Part shown: in pieces, positions 1-8,825 of the stretch
Position numbering within the stretch: position 1 is the first letter of the stretch
Layout of the letters: every line of letters starts with the position of its first letter
Virus record (IMG/VR): IMGVR_UViG_3300027749_000469
Coordinates: 1 to 24,583 of that record
Source of the DNA: a virus
Lineage: Duplodnaviria; Caudoviricetes
Strand: one strand, 5' to 3'
Length of the DNA stretch: 24,583 nucleotides
The notes under the pieces: model-generated
What the model saw: only the letters and a program-made list of their open reading frames with translations
What the model was told of the DNA's origin: nothing
Database searches by the model: none
Program-made: the position numbers and the translations under genes

Positions 1-14
1 CTGGGAAAGGCCAT
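1..14 (-). CDS. Start of a downstream gene (M-A-F-P...), running off the left window edge; probable further virion/fibre protein
   Basis: Minus strand reads AAGGGTAGTAG-ATG GCC TTT CCC AG, 11 nt after the stop of 26..6598. The first four residues (MAFP) match the N-terminus of 26..6598. Only four codons are visible. Confidence 0.55.
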
Positions 15-25
15 CTACTACCCTT

Positions 26-403
26 TTAATTTTTGCCAATCACAAGTTCAATTATGCCTTCACCGCCTGCAAAGTTTTCCAGTGCCTTGCCAATTATGGT
101 ACCTACTTTTGGACTTGCAATTGTTACTGCACGAGCTCTACCATTTCCTGCTGACACCATTAGATCACCTTTGCGTACAACACCTGTTACCTTGACTGGA
201 ACTCTACCAATCAGTGCCACTGGCAATGTGATATCACCAACAATGCCCGAATTCATCAGGTGTGCAGGATTGGTTGATATCACGCCAGCAACTCGTTTGC
301 TAGAATCAGTGTTACTTATTGTGATTTCTTGAGTGCCGTCAAAATCTACCACAGTTCCTGCATCATATTCAGCGTCACTCACATACATCTCTGCCAAGTC
401 GGC
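26..403 (-). other. Peptidase G2-like intramolecular chaperone domain at the C-terminus of 26..6598
   Basis: ADLAEMY (ADLAE at 389-403)...GVISTNPA...VALIGRVPVKV...RKGDLMVS resembles the ADYAE...VG.LG/KGD pattern of phi29 gp12 / GA-1 neck-appendage chaperones. Recognised by motif only. Confidence 0.65.
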
Positions 404-3400
404 GTAGAGTGCTGTGGTTGCTTGAGCAAACAGTCGATTGAAGTATGTGCCGGAACTACCAATGTTGCCCACTGCGTTACCTGCACCATTCACAATGGCT
501 GTGGCTGCTGCACCTGAGTTCACAGTAAGTATGCCTGCTGTGGTTAAGTTGCCACCGGTAATATTGCCAGTTACACTAGTAAGACCTGCATTGATCAAAT
601 TGCCTACATTTACATTGCCAGTTGCACTAATCAGTCCACCTGTCAAGATGTTGCCACCGGTAATATTGCCAGTTACACTAACTGTTGAACCTGTGTGAGT
701 TGTTGCATTGACGTTGGCCCCGCCTAAGATATTGCCGCCACTTATGTTGCCAGTTGCACTAATCAAACCACCTGTCAACAAATTACCGCCGGTGACATTG
801 CCACTTGCACTGACAACTGAGCCTGTGATACTTGGAGTTGCCCCTTGCAACACTGTGGTTCCGCCTGCAGGATTGGTAATCACAACCGCTGTTGCATTGG
901 CACTGATCTGACTGTTGCCCAGATAAATTGTGCTGTTGCTCAACCATAAGTCTTTCCAACGCTGTGTTGTTGTACCCAGGTCATATGTGACATTGGCACT
1001 TGGCAACAAGTTACCGCCCAAAGTCACTCGATCTGTGCTGAACACAGCCACATTGCTGACACCACCAACAGTGATGTTGGCATTGCCATTTATGGTCTGG
1101 ATATCAATCTGTGTGGTTCCGTTCTGGATTCTATCGCCCAGAATGTTGCCGCTGAGGGTGGCGTTACCAGTCACACTCAAATCGCCAGTGATTGCCACCG
1201 CACCTGATGTGATAACCATCACGTTTGATGTTCCGCCAACTGACGCTGCAATATTGCCGCCTGAGCTGACCACAGTCATGTTGGTTGTGCCGTTGTTGAT
1301 GTTGCTCACGCTGGTAATAATGCCGCTCAACGAAGCACCGTTACCATAATAGTTTGTGGCATACACATTTCGGAATGTTTGTCCGCTGGCACCAATGTCA
1401 TACACATTGCTAGTAGCTACCAGCATGCTGCCCGAGATTGCCACGTTGGCAACTACTCCGCCTGCAAATGCAGGACTGGTTGTGTCAACCCAGTACTGGC
1501 TTGTGCCGTCACTGAGATATTCGTACAACACGTCTGTGGATGTGTTGTACCACTGCCATCCGTTGCCTGCACCCGAAGGTGGAGTGGTACTTGCTGTGAA
1601 GTTTACTCCAAACACAATGGCCTGACCATTGGCATAGTAGTAGTTGTTGGACAGGATGTTGCCACCAGCAATGTTGCCAGTGGTAGTGATCAATCCTGTT
1701 GTGCTGATGTTACCACCAGTGATGTTACCACTTACAGACACAACTGATCCCAGTATACTTGAACCAGTGATTGTTCCTGTTGAACTGATCAGTCCACCTG
1801 TCAACAAATTACCACCAGTGATGTTGCCTGTGGCACTTGCGGTGCCACCTGTGGCAATATTTCCACCGGTTACAGTGGCAGAACTTGTGATGGTTGAAGT
1901 AGCACTTATCAAGCCACCTGTGAGTACATTACCACCTGTGATATTGCCTGTGGCACTTGCTGTTCCGCCAGTGGCTAAATTACCGCCAGTTACAGTACCT
2001 GCTGCACTTGCGGTACCACCTGTGGCAATATTTCCACCGGTAACATTAGCTGAACTTGTGATGGTTGAAGTAGCACTTATCAAGCCACCTGTGAGTACAT
2101 TGCCACCTGTAATATTTCCTGTAGCACTTGAAGTACCGCCTGTGGCAATATTTCCACCGGAAATTGTTGATGTAGCACTGATCAGCCCACCTGTGAGTAT
2201 GTTACCACCTGTGATATTGCCAGTTGCTGATGCAGTTCCGCCTGTGGCAATATTTCCACCGGTTATTGTGTTAACGCCGGTTATTGTTCCAGTAGCACTT
2301 ATCAATCCACCTGTGAGTACATTGCCGCCTGTGATGTTGCCAGTGGCACTTGCGGTGCCACCTGTGGCAATGTTTCCACCTGTTACTGTTCCGCTTGCAC
2401 TTAACACGCCGGTGATATACTCGCCAGTTGTGGCAAACACAGCAACATTGGATGTACCATTGACACTGACTGTAACATTGGCATTGGCAGCAGCAATAGT
2501 TACGTTAGATGTGCCATTGTTGATATTGGCCACACTTGTGATAACACCAGTTAGTGACGCACCATTACCTAGAATATAGTTACCAGTAACATTACCAGTA
2601 GCACTTACTTGGCCGGCTGTTAAGACATTGCCACCTATTACATTTGCAGTGGCACTGAGTGTTGTACTTGAAATTACATTGGCGCCAGAAATATTGCCGC
2701 CTGATCCAGAAGTTGAAATGTTTCCAAAAGTAGCGTTACCAGTTGCCGAAACTATTCCACCTGTGAGTACGTTACCGCCTGTGATGTTACCAGTGACACT
2801 AGCTGTTCCACCTGTGGCCAAGTTGCCACCGGTTATTGTGGCAGCACTGGTGATGGTTGATGTGGCACTGATTAGGCCACCTGTTAACAAATTACCACCA
2901 GTAATATTGTTTGCACTTGTGATAGTGCCAGTTGAACTGATCAGTCCACCTGTTAAGACATTGCCACCAGTGATATTACCAGTAGCACTTGCAGTTCCAC
3001 CTGTGGCCAAATTGCCACCTGTTACAGTACCTGCTGCACTAGCTGTTCCGCCAGTGGCCAAGTTGCCACCGGTTATTGTGGCAGCACTTGTGATTGTTGA
3101 CGTAGCACTAATTAATCCGCCTGTGAGTACATTGCCGCCGGTAACGTTACCGCTTGCACTGACAACCGATCCCAACAAGCTAGAACCAGTTACTGTGCTG
3201 GTTGCGCTAATTAGGCCACCTGTTAGCAAATTACCACCAGTGACATTACCTGATGCACTTAGACTTGCTGCACCAAATGTGCCAGCAGTGGAAATATTAC
3301 CACCGGTAATGTTGCCAGCAGCACTAATCAGGCCACCTGTGACCACATTGCCGCCGTTAACGTTGCCTGTCAAACTTACGCTGGTACCTGTTGCAGCACC

Positions 3401-6400
3401 AATATTGGGTGTGGTCAGGTTAGCACTGGCCTTGACAATGATATTGCCTGTGCCGTCAAATGCTGTGGTATTGTTGTCAACTTTGGCTGAGAATACTGTG
3501 CCGTCGAGGCTTAGACCGGCTGCAGAATTGGCTGAGTAAACTTGGCTGCTACTGAATATACTAAAAGTAATATTTGACGTACCAAATGTAATTACACCTG
3601 TTGGAGCACTAACAATAAAGGCTGTGCCGGCATTAACAGTACCGTTGGTAGTGAAGAAATAATCATTGATACTCAAATCAGTTGTACTGTCTGGCCCGTA
3701 TGTGTCAGCGTCTGTTGAACGAGTAATTACTGTACTACTGGTGTAAACATACACACCGTTTTGCACAGCATTGGCCTGATCTTTGACCAGAATACGTGTG
3801 CCAACTGTTTGAACATTGGCAGTATCGATCAAGTTGAATGAGCCAGTTGTGGTCAATGTGGCACCAACCCCAGACGTACCATTGTTGTAAGTTACTGTAC
3901 CACCTGTGGTTGTAGCCAGGGTAGTAGTTGTTGCTGCAAAAACTGGTTGGTGATAAGCAATAGCTGTTGTAGCAAGATTGTCAACATATTCTTTTGTGGC
4001 TGCATCAGATGCTTGAGCCGGATAATTTACATTGTTGATCCAGGTATTTGCAGACAATACAATATTGCCAGCAGGATTCAAGTTCAAATTACCTGATGCT
4101 GTGCTGATTGTCAATGCACCACTTGTGGGTCTGATAGTGCTGGTATTAACATTGCCAGCAATAACATTGCCAGTTACTGATACCAGTCCAGAGGTCAACA
4201 AGTTGCCGCCTGAAATGTTAGATGTTGTTGTGATGCTGCCAGTTGAACTGATCAGTCCACCTGTCAACAAATTACCACCAGTTATGTTACCTGCTGCACT
4301 TGCAGTACCGCCTGTGGCAATGTTTCCACCAGTAATTGTTCCTGTCGCTGACGCTGTGCCGCCTGTGGCAATGTTTCCACCAGTAATTGTTCCTGTCGCT
4401 GACGCTGTGCCGCCTGTGGCCAAATTGCCACCTGTTATTGTGGCAGCACTTGTGATAGTTGAAGTAGCACTTATCAAACCACCTGTTAGCAAATTACCAC
4501 CAGTGACATTACCTGATGCACTCAGACTTGCTGCGCCAAATGTGCCAGTAGTGGCAATATTACCACCAGTAATATTGCCAGTAGCACTGATTAACCCACC
4601 TGTGAGTACATTGCCACCTGTGACATTGCCTGTGGCACTTGCGGTACCACCTGTGGCAATATTTCCACCTGTTATTGTTCCTGCAGCCGAAGCTGTTCCG
4701 CCAGTGGCCAAGTTGCCACCAGTTACGGTAGCAGCACTTGTGATAGTTGATGTGGCACTGATTAGGCCACCTGTTAACAAATTACCACCAGTTATGTTAC
4801 CTGTTGCTGACGTAGTACCGCCTGTGGCCAAGTTGCCACCTGTTATTGTGTCAACACCAGTTATTGTTCCAGTGGCACTGATCAACCCACCAGTTAGCAA
4901 ATTGCCGCCGGTTACTGTACCTGTTGCACTTGATGTACCGCCTGTGGCAATGTTTCCACCAGTTACTGTACCGCTTGCACTCACAACACCTGTAACATAT
5001 TCACCTGTTGTAGCAAATACCGCAACATTTGATGTGCCATTAACACTGACTGTAACGTTGGCGTTGGCAGCAGCAATAGTCACATTTGATGTGCCATTGT
5101 TGATGTTGGCCACACTTGTGATGACTCCGGTCAAGGACGCACCGTTACCCAGGATATAGTTACCAGTTACGTTGCCGGTTGCACTTACTTGACCGGCTGT
5201 TAAGACATTGCCACCTGTGATATTGCCTGTGGCACTTGCGGTACCGCCTGTAGCAATGTTTCCACCTGTTACAGTTCCTGCTGCTGACGCAGTTCCGCCT
5301 GTGGCCAAATTGCCGCCGGTTATTGTTCCGGTTGCACTTGCAGTGCCACCTGTGGCCAAGTTGCCACCTGTTATTGTGGCAGCACTTGTGATGGTTGATG
5401 TAGCACTGATCAGTCCACCTGTGAGTACATTGCCGCCAGTGATATTGCCTGTTGCTGATGCTGTGCCACCTGTGGCAATATTTCCACCTGTTATTGTGTC
5501 AACACCAGTTATTGTTCCAGTGGCACTGATTAACCCACCTGTGAGTACATTGCCACCTGTGATGTTGCCTGTAGCACTTGCGGTACCACCTGTGGCAATA
5601 TTGCCACCTGTTATGGTACCAGTTGCACTTACTTGGCCTACTGTTGTTACGTTGCCACCAATTACGTTGCCCACTGCACTAACAGTGGTTCCTGCTGCTA
5701 CCGCATTAGTTGCAGCTAGATTGTTGGAACTAAAATTATTGGCTGTAAAAATTGCAGTGGCATTTGAGCTGAGTGATTGATCACCAAGAACCAGTGTGTT
5801 ACCGCTTAGATACAAGTTTTTCCAAAGTTGTCCTGGGCCGCCAAGACTGTATGTTGCATTAGCAGAGGGCAATAAATTACCAATTACATTGCCAGTAATA
5901 CTAAAATTGCCTGTTTGTGTTACTCCGCTGGTTACTAGGTTGCCACCTGTGACATTGCCGGTAGCACTTGCAGTACCGCCTGTGGCAATGTTTCCACCGG
6001 TTATTGTGCCAGCAGCCGAAGCTGTTCCGCCTGTGGCCAAATTGCCACCTGTTACTGTACCTGTAGCCGAAGCTGTTCCACCTGTGGCCAAATTGCCACC
6101 TGTTACTGTACCTGTAGCCGACGCTGTTCCACCTGTGGCCAAATTGCCACCTGTTACGGTGCCTGCTGCACTTGCTGTTCCGCCAGTGGCCAAATTGCCA
6201 CCTGTTACTGTACCGCTTGCACTAACAACACCTGTAACATATTCACCAGTTGGGGCAAACACAGCAACATTAGGAGTTCCTGTAACCGTGATTGCAATAT
6301 TGCTATTGGCTGCTGCTGCAATATTGCTGTTGCCTGCTGTGATTGGGAAACCTGCACTTGACGCTGTAACCCCAGTTAATTGACTACCGTTACCAAAGTA

Positions 6401-6598
6401 ATAATTACCTGTGATGTTGCCGCTGGCAACAATGTCCACACCCACAGTCAAGTTGCCATTTACTGCAATGGTATTGGCAGTAATAACATTTGCTGTGGAT
6501 AAAATTCTAGTCCAGCTGTTGGTTGCGCTGGAATACTGGTATGATACCTGATTAACTACGGTTACTTGACCGTTTGTGGGTGTTGTTGGAAATGCCAT
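26..6598 (-). CDS. Giant tail-fibre-like virion protein (2190 aa) with G/T/N/A beta-repeats and a C-terminal autocleaving chaperone-like domain
   Basis: AGGAG RBS (6607-6611) and TATAAATA box upstream. N-terminus MAFPTTPTNGQ..YQY..W is typical of T4-like aquatic phage virion proteins. Dozens of TGGN(L/I/V)xTGG repeats, a DAATKxYVD/RILVKDQ..QNG module and an ADLAE...GRVPVKV...KGD..IIGKALE C-terminus. Confidence 0.85.
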   Translation of the reverse strand: MAFPTTPTNGQVTVVNQVSYQYSSATNSWTRILSTANVITANTIAVNGNLTVGVDIVASGNITGNYYFGNGSQLTGVTASSAGFPITAGNSNIAAAANSNIAITVTGTPNVAVFAPTGEYVTGVVSASGTVTGGNLATGGTASAAGTVTGGNLATGGTASATGTVTGGNLATGGTASATGTVTGGNLATGGTASAAGTITGGNIATGGTASATGNVTGGNLVTSGVTQTGNFSITGNVIGNLLPSANATYSLGGPGQLWKNLYLSGNTLVLGDQSLSSNATAIFTANNFSSNNLAATNAVAAGTTVSAVGNVIGGNVTTVGQVSATGTITGGNIATGGTASATGNITGGNVLTGGLISATGTITGVDTITGGNIATGGTASATGNITGGNVLTGGLISATSTITSAATITGGNLATGGTASATGTITGGNLATGGTASAAGTVTGGNIATGGTASATGNITGGNVLTAGQVSATGNVTGNYILGNGASLTGVITSVANINNGTSNVTIAAANANVTVSVNGTSNVAVFATTGEYVTGVVSASGTVTGGNIATGGTSSATGTVTGGNLLTGGLISATGTITGVDTITGGNLATGGTTSATGNITGGNLLTGGLISATSTITSAATVTGGNLATGGTASAAGTITGGNIATGGTASATGNVTGGNVLTGGLISATGNITGGNIATTGTFGAASLSASGNVTGGNLLTGGLISATSTITSAATITGGNLATGGTASATGTITGGNIATGGTASATGTITGGNIATGGTASAAGNITGGNLLTGGLISSTGSITTTSNISGGNLLTSGLVSVTGNVIAGNVNTSTIRPTSGALTISTASGNLNLNPAGNIVLSANTWINNVNYPAQASDAATKEYVDNLATTAIAYHQPVFAATTTTLATTTGGTVTYNNGTSGVGATLTTTGSFNLIDTANVQTVGTRILVKDQANAVQNGVYVYTSSTVITRSTDADTYGPDSTTDLSINDYFFTTNGTVNAGTAFIVSAPTGVITFGTSNITFSIFSSSQVYSANSAAGLSLDGTVFSAKVDNNTTAFDGTGNIIVKASANLTTPNIGAATGTSVSLTGNVNGGNVVTGGLISAAGNITGGNISTAGTFGAASLSASGNVTGGNLLTGGLISATSTVTGSSLLGSVVSASGNVTGGNVLTGGLISATSTITSAATITGGNLATGGTASAAGTVTGGNLATGGTASATGNITGGNVLTGGLISSTGTITSANNITGGNLLTGGLISATSTITSAATITGGNLATGGTASVTGNITGGNVLTGGIVSATGNATFGNISTSGSGGNISGANVISSTTLSATANVIGGNVLTAGQVSATGNVTGNYILGNGASLTGVITSVANINNGTSNVTIAAANANVTVSVNGTSNVAVFATTGEYITGVLSASGTVTGGNIATGGTASATGNITGGNVLTGGLISATGTITGVNTITGGNIATGGTASATGNITGGNILTGGLISATSTISGGNIATGGTSSATGNITGGNVLTGGLISATSTITSSANVTGGNIATGGTASAAGTVTGGNLATGGTASATGNITGGNVLTGGLISATSTITSSATVTGGNIATGGTASATGNITGGNLLTGGLISSTGTITGSSILGSVVSVSGNITGGNISTTGLITTTGNIAGGNILSNNYYYANGQAIVFGVNFTASTTPPSGAGNGWQWYNTSTDVLYEYLSDGTSQYWVDTTSPAFAGGVVANVAISGSMLVATSNVYDIGASGQTFRNVYATNYYGNGASLSGIITSVSNINNGTTNMTVVSSGGNIAASVGGTSNVMVITSGAVAITGDLSVTGNATLSGNILGDRIQNGTTQIDIQTINGNANITVGGVSNVAVFSTDRVTLGGNLLPSANVTYDLGTTTQRWKDLWLSNSTIYLGNSQISANATAVVITNPAGGTTVLQGATPSITGSVVSASGNVTGGNLLTGGLISATGNISGGNILGGANVNATTHTGSTVSVTGNITGGNILTGGLISATGNVNVGNLINAGLTSVTGNITGGNLTTAGILTVNSGAAATAIVNGAGNAVGNIGSSGTYFNRLFAQATTALYADLAEMYVSDAEYDAGTVVDFDGTQEITISNTDSSKRVAGVISTNPAHLMNSGIVGDITLPVALIGRVPVKVTGVVRKGDLMVSAGNGRARAVTIASPKVGTIIGKALENFAGGEGIIELVIGKN
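1650..6230 (-). repeat. Imperfect 51-nt (17-aa) tandem coding repeats, TGGNLATGGTASATGTV type, with 69-nt (23-aa) variants, in several interrupted arrays
   Basis: GCTGTTC recurs at 6021, 6072, 6123 and 6174 (period 51). The same unit fills about 1650-3370 and 4180-5680, with 6-aa inserts such as TITSAA or TITGVD. Confidence 0.9.
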
Positions 6599-6627
6599 TG
6601 ATTAAGCTCCTGGTATTGGTTATATTG

Positions 6628-6635
6628 TATTTATA
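6628..6635 (-). promoter_or_regulatory. T4-type late promoter TATAAATA
   Basis: Exact gp55-type consensus about 30 nt upstream of the ATG at 6598, followed by an AGGAG RBS. Confidence 0.75.
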
Positions 6636-6666
6636 AAAAAAACAGATTTAGAAATTACAGTCTGTA

Positions 6667-7338
6667 TTATTTTATGTTTGCTTGCTCTGCCAGCCACTGT
6701 TCTCGGGTCATTTGACGCGGTTGCAGAGCGGTTTTTTGTTGTTCAAACCACTGTTCTCTAGTCATTGTTGGCTCATTTATCTGAGCTGTTTGCTGAGCCA
6801 GCCATTCTTCTGCTGTCATGGTAGGGCGAGAATCTCGCAACAATGTTGGTGCATGAGTGATCTTGATCTGTTGTTGGCTTGCCAACCACTGTTCTCTAGT
6901 CATTGGGCTGGCCGATTGTTGTTGGGCCAGCCATTCCTGATCAGTCATTTTTGTTTCTTCTGCTAGCCATTGCTCAACTGTCATTTTTGCCACTGGATTT
7001 TCAACCGTTTGTGGATTTGCTGTTGGTGAATCGCCCATTGGATGACGTGGATACTTTTCTTTTACTGCTCGTATTCTGGCTGCCATGGCTGCTGGAAAAA
7101 CACCGGCATGATACAGTGCATCCAGTTGTTCTTGCACACTAGGATACTCTCTAGCACGATTACGTTGATACATGTTCCAGTCATAGGCCTGTTGCAGTCG
7201 CCGTTGCTCTTCGAGTATTTGTGCCGTGGTCACTGGAGCCGTTTCGGGCTTGTGCCAGATTATTGTTTTGTCATACATGCCCACACTGACTTCTGCCCCG
7301 GGCACCAGACTCTGTATAGCATGAAACAGTGTTATCAT
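6667..7338 (-). CDS. Tail-fibre assembly/chaperone-like protein (XkdW-like N-terminus) with a C-terminal MTxEQWL repeat extension, about 223 aa
   Basis: Start moved to the ATG at 7338, which overlaps the upstream TGA (ATGA). AIQSLVPGAE...YQRNRAREYPSVQEQLDALYH...IRAVKEKYP is the pattern of small proteins that follow aquatic-phage fibre genes. Confidence 0.7.
   Translation of the reverse strand: MITLFHAIQSLVPGAEVSVGMYDKTIIWHKPETAPVTTAQILEEQRRLQQAYDWNMYQRNRAREYPSVQEQLDALYHAGVFPAAMAARIRAVKEKYPRHPMGDSPTANPQTVENPVAKMTVEQWLAEETKMTDQEWLAQQQSASPMTREQWLASQQQIKITHAPTLLRDSRPTMTAEEWLAQQTAQINEPTMTREQWFEQQKTALQPRQMTREQWLAEQANIK
6691..6984 (-). repeat. Six dispersed MTx(E/Q)(Q/E)W(L/F) peptide repeats
   Basis: MTVEQWL, MTDQEWL, MTREQWL, MTAEEWL, MTREQWF and MTREQWL, with ATGs at 6984, 6948, 6903, 6819, 6765 and 6711. 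Confidence 0.9.
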
Positions 7339-8825
7339 GATGAGGTAATCTCCATGGCTATTAACCAAATATTTGTGCTGGTAAGTGTACTACTAGCATT
7401 GGACACTTTTTGTTGTAATTTGTAGGTCACCGGCGATGTGGTTCCCGGGCTGTCTACATAACTGTAAGATACAGAACCCGTAACTCCAATACCACCGCCT
7501 GACACTGTTGTTCCGCATGTTTGTATTTGCAAACTGGTGCTAGGGCTTCTAACCAACTGAGTGTCAGCTGTGACGTCTTGTCCTGCCAGTGATGTAAAAC
7601 TAGCAGTACCCGTGGCCACAACAAAAATCTTGCTGGTTGCACTTGATGGGGTAATAGTCACGTTGGCATAGCTGATGTCTGCATAGCTGGTGCTGTTTGT
7701 GATACTGCCTCCAAGGCTTGAACTCATCACTGTTTGTACCACTGCACCCAGTGGCATGTTGAACGCAGGCAATCTGTTGTTGGTATAAAGATTCTGAGTA
7801 TACGTGTTACGGAAATATACTGTGCTAGTACCAATGTCATAGGTGACATTGCCAACCGGTACCAGGGTGCCAGAAATTGCCACATTAGCAACTACTCCAC
7901 CTGCAAATGCAGGACTGGTTGTGTCAATCCAGTAGGTGCTTGTGCCATCATCAAGATATTCATACAGCACATCGTTGGCAGTATCATACCACTGGTCAGT
8001 TACCTTGGGCGCAGGTGATACCGGAGGTGCTGTGTTGGCAGTGTATATCACACCCGGTGGTACTGGTGTACCATTGGCATAATAATAGTTGTCGGACAGT
8101 ATGTTGCCGCCGGTGATGTTGCCTGATACGCTTACTGCTCCAGAAACATATGCACCTGTGTTGGCGATCACAACCACATTACCTGTGCCATTCACACTCA
8201 TGGTGATGTTGGCGTTAGCAGTGGCAATGCTTACATTGCTGGTACCGTTGCTGATGAATGTAGTGTCTACACCAAATTCACCCACATATCTATAACCCAC
8301 AACATAGATTGTGTTGGCTGTTCCGGTACCAATGGCTGCTGGTATAGTTGCGCCGTTAAAGTTTAGTACACCTGATTGATAATCAAAGAACCAGGTGTCG
8401 TCTGCACCCGATCCTGCACCAAACAACTTGGTACCTACTGTTTGAGCATTTGTAATACCAGGTGCAGCCGCATAAACCTGCACCAGATAATTGTCACCAA
8501 ACTGTGTGGGAATCCAGTTGATTGAGTTTGTTTTCCAAGTTTGATTGTCTGGTGCTGTGAGATCTTCTGTACATTGTACTGTGGGACTGTATCCGGCTCC
8601 GCCGCCATCTTTGTATACCTGCACCAGTGGCGTGGTATTGGCAGGCGGTGAGGCAGGTATGTTTCCACTCTGTGTCCAGATAAGGTCGCCGCGATACAAC
8701 AGTGGACTGGCAATACTTTCGTTAAAGGCTTCTTTGGAGGCTGGCTCGGCTGTTTTGGTTACACCGTAACCAACCTTTTTCCAAAGATAATCAATCTTTT
8801 GTGATTCGTTAAACGAAGCAGCCAT
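7335..8825 (-). CDS. Virion structural / short fibre protein (496 aa)
   Basis: TAATG-coupled to 8825..16354. Shares modules with 26..6598. C-terminal GAVVQTV...ITPSSATSKI...DSPGTTSPVTYKLQ...AMEI is a common aquatic-phage fibre tip domain. Confidence 0.8.
   Translation of the reverse strand: MAASFNESQKIDYLWKKVGYGVTKTAEPASKEAFNESIASPLLYRGDLIWTQSGNIPASPPANTTPLVQVYKDGGGAGYSPTVQCTEDLTAPDNQTWKTNSINWIPTQFGDNYLVQVYAAAPGITNAQTVGTKLFGAGSGADDTWFFDYQSGVLNFNGATIPAAIGTGTANTIYVVGYRYVGEFGVDTTFISNGTSNVSIATANANITMSVNGTGNVVVIANTGAYVSGAVSVSGNITGGNILSDNYYYANGTPVPPGVIYTANTAPPVSPAPKVTDQWYDTANDVLYEYLDDGTSTYWIDTTSPAFAGGVVANVAISGTLVPVGNVTYDIGTSTVYFRNTYTQNLYTNNRLPAFNMPLGAVVQTVMSSSLGGSITNSTSYADISYANVTITPSSATSKIFVVATGTASFTSLAGQDVTADTQLVRSPSTSLQIQTCGTTVSGGGIGVTGSVSYSYVDSPGTTSPVTYKLQQKVSNASSTLTSTNIWLIAMEITSS

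Noticed and set aside
1650-6230. CRISPR array
   Set aside because: Repeats are degenerate at third codon positions, in-frame within an ORF, and have no unique spacers.
1650-6230. Bacterial ice-nucleation protein or autotransporter
   Set aside because: No AGYGST 16-aa repeats, no signal peptide and no beta-barrel; the context is phage structural genes.
6635-6665. Terminator ACAGA...TCTGT followed by a T run, upstream of the giant fibre gene
   Set aside because: Only a 5-bp AT-rich stem with a 14-nt loop; too weak to call.
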